Positions 1 to 8,019 of a DNA stretch of 64,000 bases are shown piece by piece. The DNA comes from a virus. The stretch covers positions 1 to 64,000 of the IMG/VR virus record IMGVR_UViG_3300023082_000010; one strand, given 5' to 3'. The notes beneath the pieces are model-generated. The model had not been told where the DNA came from, ran no database searches, and was given only the letters and a program-made list of their open reading frames with translations. Position 1 is the first letter of the stretch. The number at the start of each line of letters is the position of its first letter. The position numbers and the translations under genes are program-made.

Positions 1-172
1 CAGACGGTTTTGTATAAAGATAGCCAGTCTTGATTTCCTCTTCCACGCCTTGGACAATCACTTTACAACGCTTGTCACCATCATAGTAGAGAATCTTAAC
101 CTCACGAATAGGTGCCTCTTCTCCTGAGATATCGCCTAAAGCTAGGATGGGATAGTCTGTATACGCCCGCAT
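1..172 (-). CDS. hypothetical protein, partial (runs off the window edge)
   Basis: Hand translation MRAYTDYPILALGDISGEEAPIREVK..., open to position 1, directly downstream of the promoter at 206-234. Confidence 0.6.
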   Translation of the reverse strand, partial: MRAYTDYPILALGDISGEEAPIREVKILYYDGDKRCKVIVQGVEEEIKTGYLYTKPS

Positions 173-205
173 TTCATTCTTCCTATATTTGGTTTGTATG
201 CTTGA

Positions 206-234
206 ATTCTAAGCAAAGAAAAGCCGCCTGTCAA
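206..234 (-). promoter_or_regulatory. sigma70-type promoter
   Basis: TTGACA-17 nt-TAGAAT on the minus strand; the -35 lies in the loop of a GC hairpin followed by a U-tract. Confidence 0.8.
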
Positions 235-258
235 GGGCGGCTGTAGTAGTCTCTTCAA

Positions 259-636
259 TTATTTCTCATCGCTTGGAGCCAGAAACTTCTTGCAATCCTG
301 TGCAATGAGCGCTAGCAAATCACGCATCTCCATCAGATTGTCTGTCTTCTTACTTGCCAAATCAGCAATACCTTCCAAAAGTTCAATAGCGTCCTCAAGG
401 ATTTCTTTAGTGGACGACAGTTGTTCTGAATGGATCTTGTAAAGCTCCTCCGCCATCTCCCTGTAATCTTCAAAGGATATGTCTCTTTGTTCGGGATTTT
501 CTCCCTCTAAAACTGTTTGCTGAGCAACGAGAGGTGTTACCTTGTAATTGTTATCTTCAAGCGCCCACTCTATATTATCGCGAAGAAACAGTTCACGACC
601 TTGACACTCGATAAGGTAGCCTTTGACTTCAGACAT
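259..636 (-). CDS. hypothetical early protein
   Basis: 125-aa ORF packed in tandem with its neighbours. Confidence 0.7.
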   Translation of the reverse strand: MSEVKGYLIECQGRELFLRDNIEWALEDNNYKVTPLVAQQTVLEGENPEQRDISFEDYREMAEELYKIHSEQLSSTKEILEDAIELLEGIADLASKKTDNLMEMRDLLALIAQDCKKFLAPSDEK

Positions 637-637
637 A

Positions 638-976
638 TTAGTTACTCCTTCTGATAGTCTTGAAGGCGTCTTTTAGAAAAGGTTTGATCCTTGACTTACC
701 ATCTCGTGTACGAATAGCCTTGTATCCGCCGCCATGTTCTTTATCAAGTTTAACAATCACACCAAGGTGATTGCCCATCTGATCGTACACATGACGCACA
801 CCACTTCCCGACAATTCGCTGAACCGACCTTTTACCACGTTAGACTGTGCCATCTCAATATTCTCCGATTGGTCGCACCTTGATTGGTGCTCATAAAAGT
901 GTTTAGGCAATTCTTTGTAAGCAATGGCTTTAGCGCCTTCATTGGTTCGGAAGAATCTCACTTCAACCTGTCTCAT
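638..976 (-). CDS. hypothetical early protein
   Basis: 112-aa ORF downstream of the promoter at 1031-1059. Confidence 0.65.
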   Translation of the reverse strand: MRQVEVRFFRTNEGAKAIAYKELPKHFYEHQSRCDQSENIEMAQSNVVKGRFSELSGSGVRHVYDQMGNHLGVIVKLDKEHGGGYKAIRTRDGKSRIKPFLKDAFKTIRRSN

Positions 977-1030
977 CCTTAGCTTTAGCAGCTTTGTGTT
1001 GGGACAGTGTTTCTGCTCTTCATGGGACTA

Positions 1031-1059
1031 AGAATACTGAATGTTGCAAGGCGTGTCAA
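1031..1059 (-). promoter_or_regulatory. sigma70-type promoter
   Basis: TTGACA-17 nt-TATTCT. Confidence 0.7.
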
Positions 1060-1127
1060 CACCTTTAGCAGAGAATTTTGTAATTATTTTCTCTGCCTAT
1101 GGCTAGGAATGGTGAACTGCTTAGAAA

Positions 1128-1334
1128 TCAATCATGTATGACACAATGTGACCATATATCCTCTCCTTGGTCATCTTTTTCAAAAGAGAACTCGACAATG
1201 TGTGGCTCAGTCACCTCATATTCTAAGTCTCCAACCACCTCACCTACAGTACCATCTGTGTGTAGAATGAATGTCATAAACGGTGACTCTTTGATTTCTG
1301 TTCCATTTTCAAGTCTCATCACTCGATATCGCAT
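1128..1334 (-). CDS. hypothetical protein
   Basis: 68-aa ORF preceded by an AGGAG SD. Confidence 0.65.
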   Translation of the reverse strand: MRYRVMRLENGTEIKESPFMTFILHTDGTVGEVVGDLEYEVTEPHIVEFSFEKDDQGEDIWSHCVIHD

Positions 1335-1427
1335 TGTGTATCTCCTTTCCTGTCATTAAAGCGTGTCTAAGGCCATATCCTGCAAAGCCCTCTCACAACA
1401 TCTGTATCGGCTGTGAAACACAAAGCT

Positions 1428-1658
1428 TTAGCTCTCTTTTTCTTTAGCCAGCATAATGTTTTGTGTCGTAGTGCTTGTCAAATAACCACCTACCAGAAGG
1501 TAGAGAATATTCTGATAGACCACTTGATCAATTTTACCTCCCCAAAGCAATCCTGTTGTAATAAGGATGCAACCAACACTCATCCAGAATTTACGCGATT
1601 GCCATTTAGTGGAAGTGTAGGGTGTTTCTGTGGCGACAGTGTCTGTTGAGTCTGTCAT
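1428..1658 (-). CDS. small two-TM membrane protein, holin-like
   Basis: KWQSRKFW motif followed by two hydrophobic segments and a charged C-terminus. Confidence 0.5.
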   Translation of the reverse strand: MTDSTDTVATETPYTSTKWQSRKFWMSVGCILITTGLLWGGKIDQVVYQNILYLLVGGYLTSTTTQNIMLAKEKES

Positions 1659-1886
1659 TTTCTATTCCTTCTTCATATCCTAATAGGATTTATTAATTAC
1701 ACATCTTTCCACTCTAAATAATCTTCCCAAGCCTCTGTCAATGTCTCTCCTAGCCCAAAGTAATCACAGCTATTAATGTCACGATATGGGCACACCATGT
1801 AGCCGGGAGTTGGTGTGTGGTCTTTAAGGAGCTTAGGTTCCCAGTTTTCTATACATTACACTTTGATTATGTGTGGCTTAGGATTG

Positions 1887-2177
1887 CTATACATAGCTCA
1901 CTTTCTCTGTCACCACTTGTTCAACTTTACGTGTCAAGCCTTCACAGCTGATATCACCATAACCCCATCCATTATCATAAGATGTTTCTACGCTCACTTC
2001 TGCATAAGTATCCCCATCAATTTTCTTTACATAGAAGTGGTCATATGTGTTTCGTTTATGAGGCTCTGATTCAAGATCATACTGTGTGTCAGGATCATAG
2101 CTGTTTTCATCACACCAATCACAAAACTGAGAATAACCATCAAAATTAAAAGGTGTGCTCATTTTAAACTTCTCCAT
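1887..2177 (-). CDS. hypothetical protein
   Basis: 96-aa acidic ORF in the early cluster. Confidence 0.6.
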   Translation of the reverse strand: MEKFKMSTPFNFDGYSQFCDWCDENSYDPDTQYDLESEPHKRNTYDHFYVKKIDGDTYAEVSVETSYDNGWGYGDISCEGLTRKVEQVVTEKVSYV

Positions 2178-2327
2178 CTACAAATTGTGATAGGAACCCA
2201 ATCAACTCAATAACATCATCACGAAACAGAACATTAGGGTAATCAGAATTAACATACAAAAGAATTTCATCTGAATCCTCGTACTTAAATTCTACTTCAT
2301 CACACGATCTTGATAGCATTAACTCTT

Positions 2328-2594
2328 TCATACAAACTTATCCTTTGGAATGTCTTCAAACTTATTGGAGAATGATCCAATACTGTGCATGTATTCCCAA
2401 CTTACTTCCATCTGCTCTACAGATTCAATATGATGATTGTTAATTAGCTCAATCCAATCTTGCGTATGCAGGCTGTGGTTTTCTCCCCATAGTGTGTAAT
2501 TATCTTTACCATCTGACAAGAAGATTCCTGACCAGTCCCCATCGTCAGAATTTACTACAATCACTTTCTTATAAATCCGGCTGTCGTTGCTCAT
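2328..2594 (-). CDS. hypothetical protein
   Basis: 88-aa ORF with a GGAG SD. Confidence 0.65.
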   Translation of the reverse strand: MSNDSRIYKKVIVVNSDDGDWSGIFLSDGKDNYTLWGENHSLHTQDWIELINNHHIESVEQMEVSWEYMHSIGSFSNKFEDIPKDKFV

Positions 2595-2645
2595 TTAATA
2601 TCTCCAATGTCTTTACCACCATCACGAGTAAGAGGCTTATCATCC

Positions 2646-2822
2646 TCAAGCATAACTGATGATAAGTTCAATTTGAATAACAAGCTTGCCTACATCATAA
2701 CAAGGCCCCTCTGTATTAGATCGGCTAAGTGCTTGTTGTAGGAGTTTCTTAATCTGTGCGTAATCCCAAGTCATCTCTCTATCCTCTCTCAACATCTCGT
2801 TAAATTCGTTCTGAAATGCCAT
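2646..2822 (-). CDS. hypothetical protein
   Basis: Likely start is MAFQNEF at 2822, inside the longer track ORF. Confidence 0.5.
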   Translation of the reverse strand: MAFQNEFNEMLREDREMTWDYAQIKKLLQQALSRSNTEGPCYDVGKLVIQIELIISYA

Positions 2823-2884
2823 ATTATCACGGTGTTTTAGGGGTGTAAAGCTGTTTAAAGAGATTGTTCGTCTCCCACAGCCTC

Positions 2885-3082
2885 TTAGCCAACAACACCA
2901 CACCCATCAATGAAATTAAGTAGATTAGAAAGCTTCTCAGCAGAGAGATTTTCCATATAATGACTCTCATCACCTTCAACATCTAGGCGAACGAATGTGT
3001 GAGAGAATGTGAGGCCAACAGATTCACATTCCTGAAGTGCGTTGATAAGTTTTTGTAGGCAAGCCATTTGTGTGTTGTTCAT
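2885..3082 (-). CDS. hypothetical protein
   Basis: ATGA overlap with the upstream gene. Confidence 0.6.
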   Translation of the reverse strand: MNNTQMACLQKLINALQECESVGLTFSHTFVRLDVEGDESHYMENLSAEKLSNLLNFIDGCGVVG

Positions 3083-3303
3083 TTTAGGAGATCCTTTGTA
3101 TATTTTTCAATAGATTCTATTGCTGCTTTAATGTCAAAGTGAATCAACACAAGAGCCTCATCAATTGGTCCGTCTTCAAGAAGGTTGATGGCATCAGTTA
3201 GGCAGTCATGACATTCATCCAGAAGACTAATCTTTTCTTGTTTAAAGTGCGCTAGAAAAGACTCAACATCTTCCATTGTATATTGCTTGTGAAGATCAGT
3301 CAT
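3079..3303 (-). CDS. hypothetical protein
   Basis: Likely start is MTDLH at 3303, coupled to the upstream stop. Confidence 0.55.
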   Translation of the reverse strand: MTDLHKQYTMEDVESFLAHFKQEKISLLDECHDCLTDAINLLEDGPIDEALVLIHFDIKAAIESIEKYTKDLLK

Positions 3304-3505
3304 TAGTTGGCCTCGGTTTATTAAGCTCTGTCCAGTGAGTAGGGCACTGTACTGCACAATATTCATCATTACTATCCAGAACCATAAACACATCGTCTTC
3401 TATGTAAGCAATTTCAATATTGGTATACCCAAAACTGTCAAAAGCAACAAGGTATTCTCCAACAGTGTCTGGCATCTTATCTGCACAGCGGTTCCAATTA
3501 ATCAT
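3296..3505 (-). CDS. DUF551-like small protein
   Basis: N-terminal W..C..KMP and C-terminal THW..L..P pattern typical of DUF551. Confidence 0.6.
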   Translation of the reverse strand: MINWNRCADKMPDTVGEYLVAFDSFGYTNIEIAYIEDDVFMVLDSNDEYCAVQCPTHWTELNKPRPTND

Positions 3506-3703
3506 TTATTCAACTCCTAAAATCAAGCTCATTGATGTCTGACGTGACTGCATCTGAGGGTCACAAAAACATACAGCTTCTGTAACAGACACTTCCTCAT
3601 CACCAAATGCACCATCTTCAGTTTGTGTACTGTTTTCAATAACACTTACTTCCAAGTGCTGTGGTTGTTTCTCAAGCCATTTAATAAATTGTGCTACGTT
3701 CAT
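3506..3703 (-). CDS. hypothetical protein
   Basis: 65 aa; M.V.QFI.WLE..PQ.LEV start is common in phage early proteins. Confidence 0.6.
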   Translation of the reverse strand: MNVAQFIKWLEKQPQHLEVSVIENSTQTEDGAFGDEEVSVTEAVCFCDPQMQSRQTSMSLILGVE

Positions 3704-3861
3704 TTCAAACTCTCCAATCTCTCACCAAGAATAATACGAGTATACACCTTATCACGATCAACACCAGTGATTTCAGCAATTTCTGACAAAGAAAATCCTT
3801 GCTCACGAAGCTTATAGCAGCGGATTGCTAAGTCTTGGCTGCGATTCTCTGAGGGCTTCAT
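3700..3861 (-). CDS. small helix-turn-helix DNA-binding protein (53 aa, below the ORF-track cutoff)
   Basis: Hand translation MKPSENRSQDLAIRCYKLREQGFSLSEIAEITGVDRDKVYTRIILGERLESLK; the G.S..EIA...GV....V pattern is HTH-like. Confidence 0.65.
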   Translation of the reverse strand: MKPSENRSQDLAIRCYKLREQGFSLSEIAEITGVDRDKVYTRIILGERLESLK

Positions 3862-3862
3862 T

Positions 3863-4057
3863 TTAATCCTCCCTCACAACTTTAAATTCACTGATAAGAG
3901 TGAAATCAGGAATATGTTCACCGTTATAGATCATTCTCCATGTTCCATCAGCAAGCTCATCCAAGTGAATCATACGCTGTTTAGTGCGAACAGCTGTCAC
4001 TTTGGATAATTCTAGCACAATACCAGTGCCAGTCAATTCGATTGCTCTGCGTGTCAT
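3863..4057 (-). CDS. hypothetical protein
   Basis: 64-aa ORF with a GGAG SD. Confidence 0.6.
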   Translation of the reverse strand: MTRRAIELTGTGIVLELSKVTAVRTKQRMIHLDELADGTWRMIYNGEHIPDFTLISEFKVVRED

Positions 4058-4140
4058 CTCAATACTCCAAATCTAGGCTGTTAATGTCAAATTCACTCTC
4101 ACGAATATACCCCACATCGGTGAGGTTTACAACAAAATTT

Positions 4141-5379
4141 TCAATCATTTGTAAGCCAGTCCTGAAAGAGCTTACGCATACGTTTTGACAAAATGCAAAT
4201 CTTAATTGGCTTTCCGTCACGAATTTGTGAACGCCATACAAATTGTACAAGCTCAGACAATGCAAACTGATTATTGTCAACATCCACACCATAATCTTGT
4301 AGGAATGAGGAAACAGAAACATGAGTAAAACGGTTATAAGCATGCACCAATACAGAACGATCACGATAAGCGTTTGTTGCTCTTGCTGTACAGGCTAGGA
4401 AGCATCCTTGTGCAATACCATCCTCATCAATCTCGCCATCTCCTGCACTATATCCTCTAGGTGAAACCTTTCTTGCACCTGAACGTGTCTGGTTAACAAG
4501 TGTAGACGGTACACACCAAACAAGATCAGTATTCTTAGCTTTGTTAGCATCACCAATAGCACGAATAGATTTACCAATAGCTGTCAAATCTTTCTGTGTA
4601 GCTTTTGAATACCAACTAGACGATAAAGATTCACCAGCCCACTCTTTAACTTGCTTATCTCCAACAAATTCAATCAAAGGAAAAAGGTTCGATTTACTCT
4701 GTTCATTAAGCTTTACCTCTGTAAAGTCAACAACTTCAACCCCTTTAAGTTTAAGGAATGAAGACATAATACTGCCTTTAAAAAGGTAAGTAAGAACAAT
4801 AACTCTTTCTGCTGAATGTATCAAACCAATAGGCAACTGAGTAACAAACATACTATCACTGCGTTTAGCCTGATAAATCATTCCAAGCTTACACATATTC
4901 GCAAGTTTAGTGTATTTAGCACCATCTTTAATCTCATCATTAAGCCAAACTAAACATCCATCTTCTTCAACCCTAATCTGTTTCAAATCTTTAAGGTAAT
5001 CAAAGTCAGACTTAGTGTAACCAGCATTCAGAGGTTCAATAAAACTTACTTCTTCATCAAGTATAAGTGTATATTTGTTTTGTTTAATCCAAAAAAGATG
5101 TGGTTGTTTAAGACTTGAATAAAGAGAGTGTGTAATACTAATATTAACACCAGACTGTAACAAGTCTAGTAAGTGCTCGCCCTTAGTGTCGAACTCTTCT
5201 GTACTAGGTGCAATGAATTTAGATTGAACACAAAAAGCTACAACCCTACCTTCACTCTCACTTAACAAAGGAGTAACATAAATGAATGGAGTAGTAGGGT
5301 TCGCTTCACACCACTTAAGAATAGAAGTAGTTTTACCACTACCCATTAGCTTATCTAAAACCTCAATCTTAAAGGTCAT
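4141..5379 (-). CDS. SF2/DEAD-like helicase-type P-loop ATPase, copy 1 (paralog of 27518-28756)
   Basis: Walker A MGSGKTT, motif Ia IYVTP, Walker B LILDEE, C-terminal ELVQFVWRSQIR. Confidence 0.75.
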   Translation of the reverse strand: MTFKIEVLDKLMGSGKTTSILKWCEANPTTPFIYVTPLLSESEGRVVAFCVQSKFIAPSTEEFDTKGEHLLDLLQSGVNISITHSLYSSLKQPHLFWIKQNKYTLILDEEVSFIEPLNAGYTKSDFDYLKDLKQIRVEEDGCLVWLNDEIKDGAKYTKLANMCKLGMIYQAKRSDSMFVTQLPIGLIHSAERVIVLTYLFKGSIMSSFLKLKGVEVVDFTEVKLNEQSKSNLFPLIEFVGDKQVKEWAGESLSSSWYSKATQKDLTAIGKSIRAIGDANKAKNTDLVWCVPSTLVNQTRSGARKVSPRGYSAGDGEIDEDGIAQGCFLACTARATNAYRDRSVLVHAYNRFTHVSVSSFLQDYGVDVDNNQFALSELVQFVWRSQIRDGKPIKICILSKRMRKLFQDWLTND

Positions 5380-5421
5380 ATTTTTTAAAAACCTCTCTTT
5401 CTTAGATACTTCTTTTCTTTA

Positions 5422-5466
5422 AGGACTGAAACACACAAACCCTTATAAATCAAGGGTTGTAGAGGT
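5422..5466 (-). promoter_or_regulatory. palindromic cis element beside helicase-like copy 1
   Basis: ACCTCTACAA-CCCTTG-N5-TAAGGG-TTTGTGTGTTTCAGTCCT; homologous to 28784-28827. Confidence 0.55.
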
Positions 5467-5475
5467 GTTTTACAA

Positions 5476-5664
5476 TCATTTCTCGACAGTGTTAGTCGAG
5501 TCTAAATTAAACATATCTAAGTAGCTATGGAAAGTGTTTATGTAATCTTCGTATGTTTCATGGTCAATCCATTCCCAATTACCTTTAGGATATTCATAAC
5601 CAACAGAAAGACATTTTTTATCACCTTTATATTCTTGAAATTGCTGTTTTGTGTAAGCAGCCAT
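5476..5664 (-). CDS. hypothetical protein
   Basis: 62-aa ORF coupled to the upstream stop. Confidence 0.55.
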   Translation of the reverse strand: MAAYTKQQFQEYKGDKKCLSVGYEYPKGNWEWIDHETYEDYINTFHSYLDMFNLDSTNTVEK

Positions 5665-5849
5665 TATATGTTCTCCGAAGATGGAACTACTTTACAAGTG
5701 TATATAGTGTATTCATAATCAGAATTCTTTAATTCAAATGAGCGTTTGTCTAAGTTTGCATCTTTCGATGATTCGTAAAAAGCAACAGTTTCTTCTGTTG
5801 TCTCAAAACTGTATCGTACCCACTTGTTTAGTTGATATATTACTTTCAT
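5664..5849 (-). CDS. hypothetical protein
   Basis: 61-aa ORF, ATGA overlap. Confidence 0.55.
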   Translation of the reverse strand: MKVIYQLNKWVRYSFETTEETVAFYESSKDANLDKRSFELKNSDYEYTIYTCKVVPSSENI

Positions 5850-6058
5850 TTTACAACCTCAGAATTAACAAAACCGTTAACTATCTGCCTGTGTTGGACA
5901 ACGTACATCAAGGGCTCAACATTCCCAACTCTTGCAAACAATCCATAATTCTCTTTCAAAAAGTCATCAGAAGGAATTCTTTCAGAATAAATATAAGAGT
6001 GCGTTCCGATAGGAACAAGAACTTCAATCTGGTAGCAGACAACTTCCTCGTCAACCAT
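5846..6058 (-). CDS. hypothetical protein
   Basis: 70-aa ORF with a strong AAGGAGG SD. Confidence 0.6.
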   Translation of the reverse strand: MVDEEVVCYQIEVLVPIGTHSYIYSERIPSDDFLKENYGLFARVGNVEPLMYVVQHRQIVNGFVNSEVVK

Positions 6059-6245
6059 TTAATACCTCCTTGATTTTACCATAAGACAAACCGACTTCCA
6101 GGATAAGACCAAGCATATCGGTGTTACCAGCTTCACGATACTCTCTCATCAGTTCAATAGTGATTCGGTCTGTCTCATAGCTCTTACCGTTAGCTTCAAA
6201 TGTGTAGGTCATGATCTTGATTCCGTGTTTGTCTTTGATGTGTTG

Positions 6246-6274
6246 ATTCTAGGGCAAAACAAAACCCCAGTCAA
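6246..6274 (-). promoter_or_regulatory. sigma70-type promoter
   Basis: TTGACT-17 nt-TAGAAT; the -35 is inside a hairpin loop. Confidence 0.75.
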
Positions 6275-6287
6275 GGGTTTTGTAAAA

Positions 6288-6608
6288 TTATTCATCATCT
6301 GTCAGCCCTCTAACGCCCTTGATCGGACCATACTTCTCAAAGCCACCTGCACCTAAAACACAGTCTAAATAGTCACTACCTGTTCCTGTGTAAGCTGGCT
6401 CGTCAAGGCCCTTAGAGTTTACGCCTGCCTCTAGCATAACAATCTGATATTTAAGATCACAGATAGTCTGTTCATGTTTATAGCAAAGTTGTCGCCAACT
6501 GTTACAACGACTTTCAAGTTCTGCATATTGCTGTTGTGTGTAAGCCATCATCCCTTCACCCGTTTCTTCACGAAGTTTGCGAACATCTTCAGCAGTGATT
6601 TGTTTCAT
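6288..6608 (-). CDS. protein with an EF-Ts N-terminal-like segment
   Basis: MKQITAEDVRKLREETGEGMM resembles the EF-Ts start ITA..VK.LRE.TGAGMM. Confidence 0.55.
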   Translation of the reverse strand: MKQITAEDVRKLREETGEGMMAYTQQQYAELESRCNSWRQLCYKHEQTICDLKYQIVMLEAGVNSKGLDEPAYTGTGSDYLDCVLGAGGFEKYGPIKGVRGLTDDE

Positions 6609-6907
6609 TCTGTTCTCCATTCAACTTCCATGCCTTCCCCACAAAGAAATGCTAGCACATAATCGGCAAATTCTTTATCCTGAATAAGTTCATTCCAGTT
6701 GTTTCTGTAGCGCTTCGTGCAGTTATCCAGAAGGTTGTAGGCCCTGCTTTGGCTGCCCATGCACATCCTAAAGAAAAGCTCACCACTGTGATTTCGCTGT
6801 TGTTTGTGGAAATCATTGCCTAAAGTGTCGTGTTCTGCAAGGTTATCTGCAATCTTCTTAGCCAGAGCTTCATATTGGTCATCATCTAATGTCTCTAAAT
6901 AAGTCAT
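6605..6907 (-). CDS. hypothetical protein
   Basis: 100-aa ORF with an AAGGAGG SD; first gene of the leftward unit. Confidence 0.7.
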   Translation of the reverse strand: MTYLETLDDDQYEALAKKIADNLAEHDTLGNDFHKQQRNHSGELFFRMCMGSQSRAYNLLDNCTKRYRNNWNELIQDKEFADYVLAFLCGEGMEVEWRTE

Positions 6908-6941
6908 ATCTACAACCTCCTTCCAATAAAATGTGTAGCCA

Positions 6942-6971
6942 AGTATGCCCCACCCAAATCACCCCTGTCAA
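6942..6971 (-). promoter_or_regulatory. sigma70-type promoter (leftward, in the divergent region)
   Basis: TTGACA-18 nt-CATACT. Confidence 0.6.
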
Positions 6972-7122
6972 CACCTCATCCCCAAGCCCCTCAAAAATAA
7001 TTCTCTAAATTTTCCTCCACATCCCCTTGCATTGTGTAAAGGTGTGTGCGAATATGGCTCTCGTAAGCAAATAGACAAGAAGGCTGGACGAATGGACAGC
7101 CTATCACATGAGGGGAAGAGAG

Positions 7123-7263
7123 ATGAGTAACGTTCAGAAGCTCGGTTGGGATGCAGCTATGCAAGGTAAGACTTATGAAGACTGCCCCTACCCCGAAGAC
7201 ACTGTTGGTTGGGTCGCTTGGACAAAAGGCTTCTTTAACGGTTTGTCTTGGCTTGAAGCTTGA
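7123..7263 (+). CDS. ribosome modulation factor (Rmf)-like small protein, 46 aa
   Basis: Hand translation MSNVQKLGWDAAMQGKTYEDCPYPEDTVGWVAWTKGFFNGLSWLEA matches the Rmf pattern G(Y/W).A...G.....CPY.......W..G(W/F); purine-rich SD upstream. Confidence 0.65.
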   Translation: MSNVQKLGWDAAMQGKTYEDCPYPEDTVGWVAWTKGFFNGLSWLEA

Positions 7264-7288
7264 CACCCACCTACACGTCTGCTATCTT
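7260..7288 (+). promoter_or_regulatory. sigma70-type promoter (rightward)
   Basis: TTGACA-17 nt-TATCTT. Confidence 0.7.
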
Positions 7289-7559
7289 CCTGACTGTACA
7301 GGCGTGACGTAAGACGTGTAAAACATTATTAATTGTGCAATTTAGGGCGAGATGTCGCCTTTGCGAATGGAGAGGTAAAATAAATGACTAGTTATATTAA
7401 TTATGGTCAAATGTCCAGCCTTGAGCGCCATGTGTTTCAATCCACTGGTGAGTGTGATAAACAGTTTCATATGGGCGAGAGTGAATTTAATCAGATGATT
7501 GATGAAATGGTGCATAAGCAAGTTATGCAACAGCAGGAAGAATTGATTGAGGAGGAAGT

Positions 7560-7790
7560 GTGATGGAAACTTTTTATATTGTCTGTGGATGGGACAACTA
7601 TTATCCCGATGCTGGTATTGGTAACATTAAGCTAGTGACCTTCGATGAGAATGAAGCCAAAGCTTATGTAGAAGAACAAATGAAACTTGAAAAATATGAT
7701 CGTTGTAATCAGTTTAAAATCTACACAAGTGACCAGTTGCCGTGGGGTGGATCAGATTATGTTAGCCCAGATTATTCTGGATCAGTATAG
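7560..7790 (+). CDS. hypothetical protein
   Basis: 76-aa ORF with a GAGGAGG SD. Confidence 0.6.
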   Translation: MMETFYIVCGWDNYYPDAGIGNIKLVTFDENEAKAYVEEQMKLEKYDRCNQFKIYTSDQLPWGGSDYVSPDYSGSV

Positions 7791-8019
7791 GCTCGATATA
7801 GAATACAGCTATGAGAGCGGTGATCAGTATCACTGCCTAGATTGGATTGATCTATCAGTGCTCTCTGGCACAATTTGTCTAGAAGGGTCGCATAGCTGCT
7901 CTCATGGCTGTGAAGAATATGTTGACATGACAGATGATGAGCTGTATTTTGTTGGGGAGATGTTTGGGAATGACATTGAAAAGAAATTATTGGAGGATTT
8001 GAGAGATGAGTTACCTTAA
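7759..8019 (+). CDS. hypothetical protein
   Basis: Likely start MLAQII at 7759; acidic. Confidence 0.55.
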   Translation: MLAQIILDQYRLDIEYSYESGDQYHCLDWIDLSVLSGTICLEGSHSCSHGCEEYVDMTDDELYFVGEMFGNDIEKKLLEDLRDELP

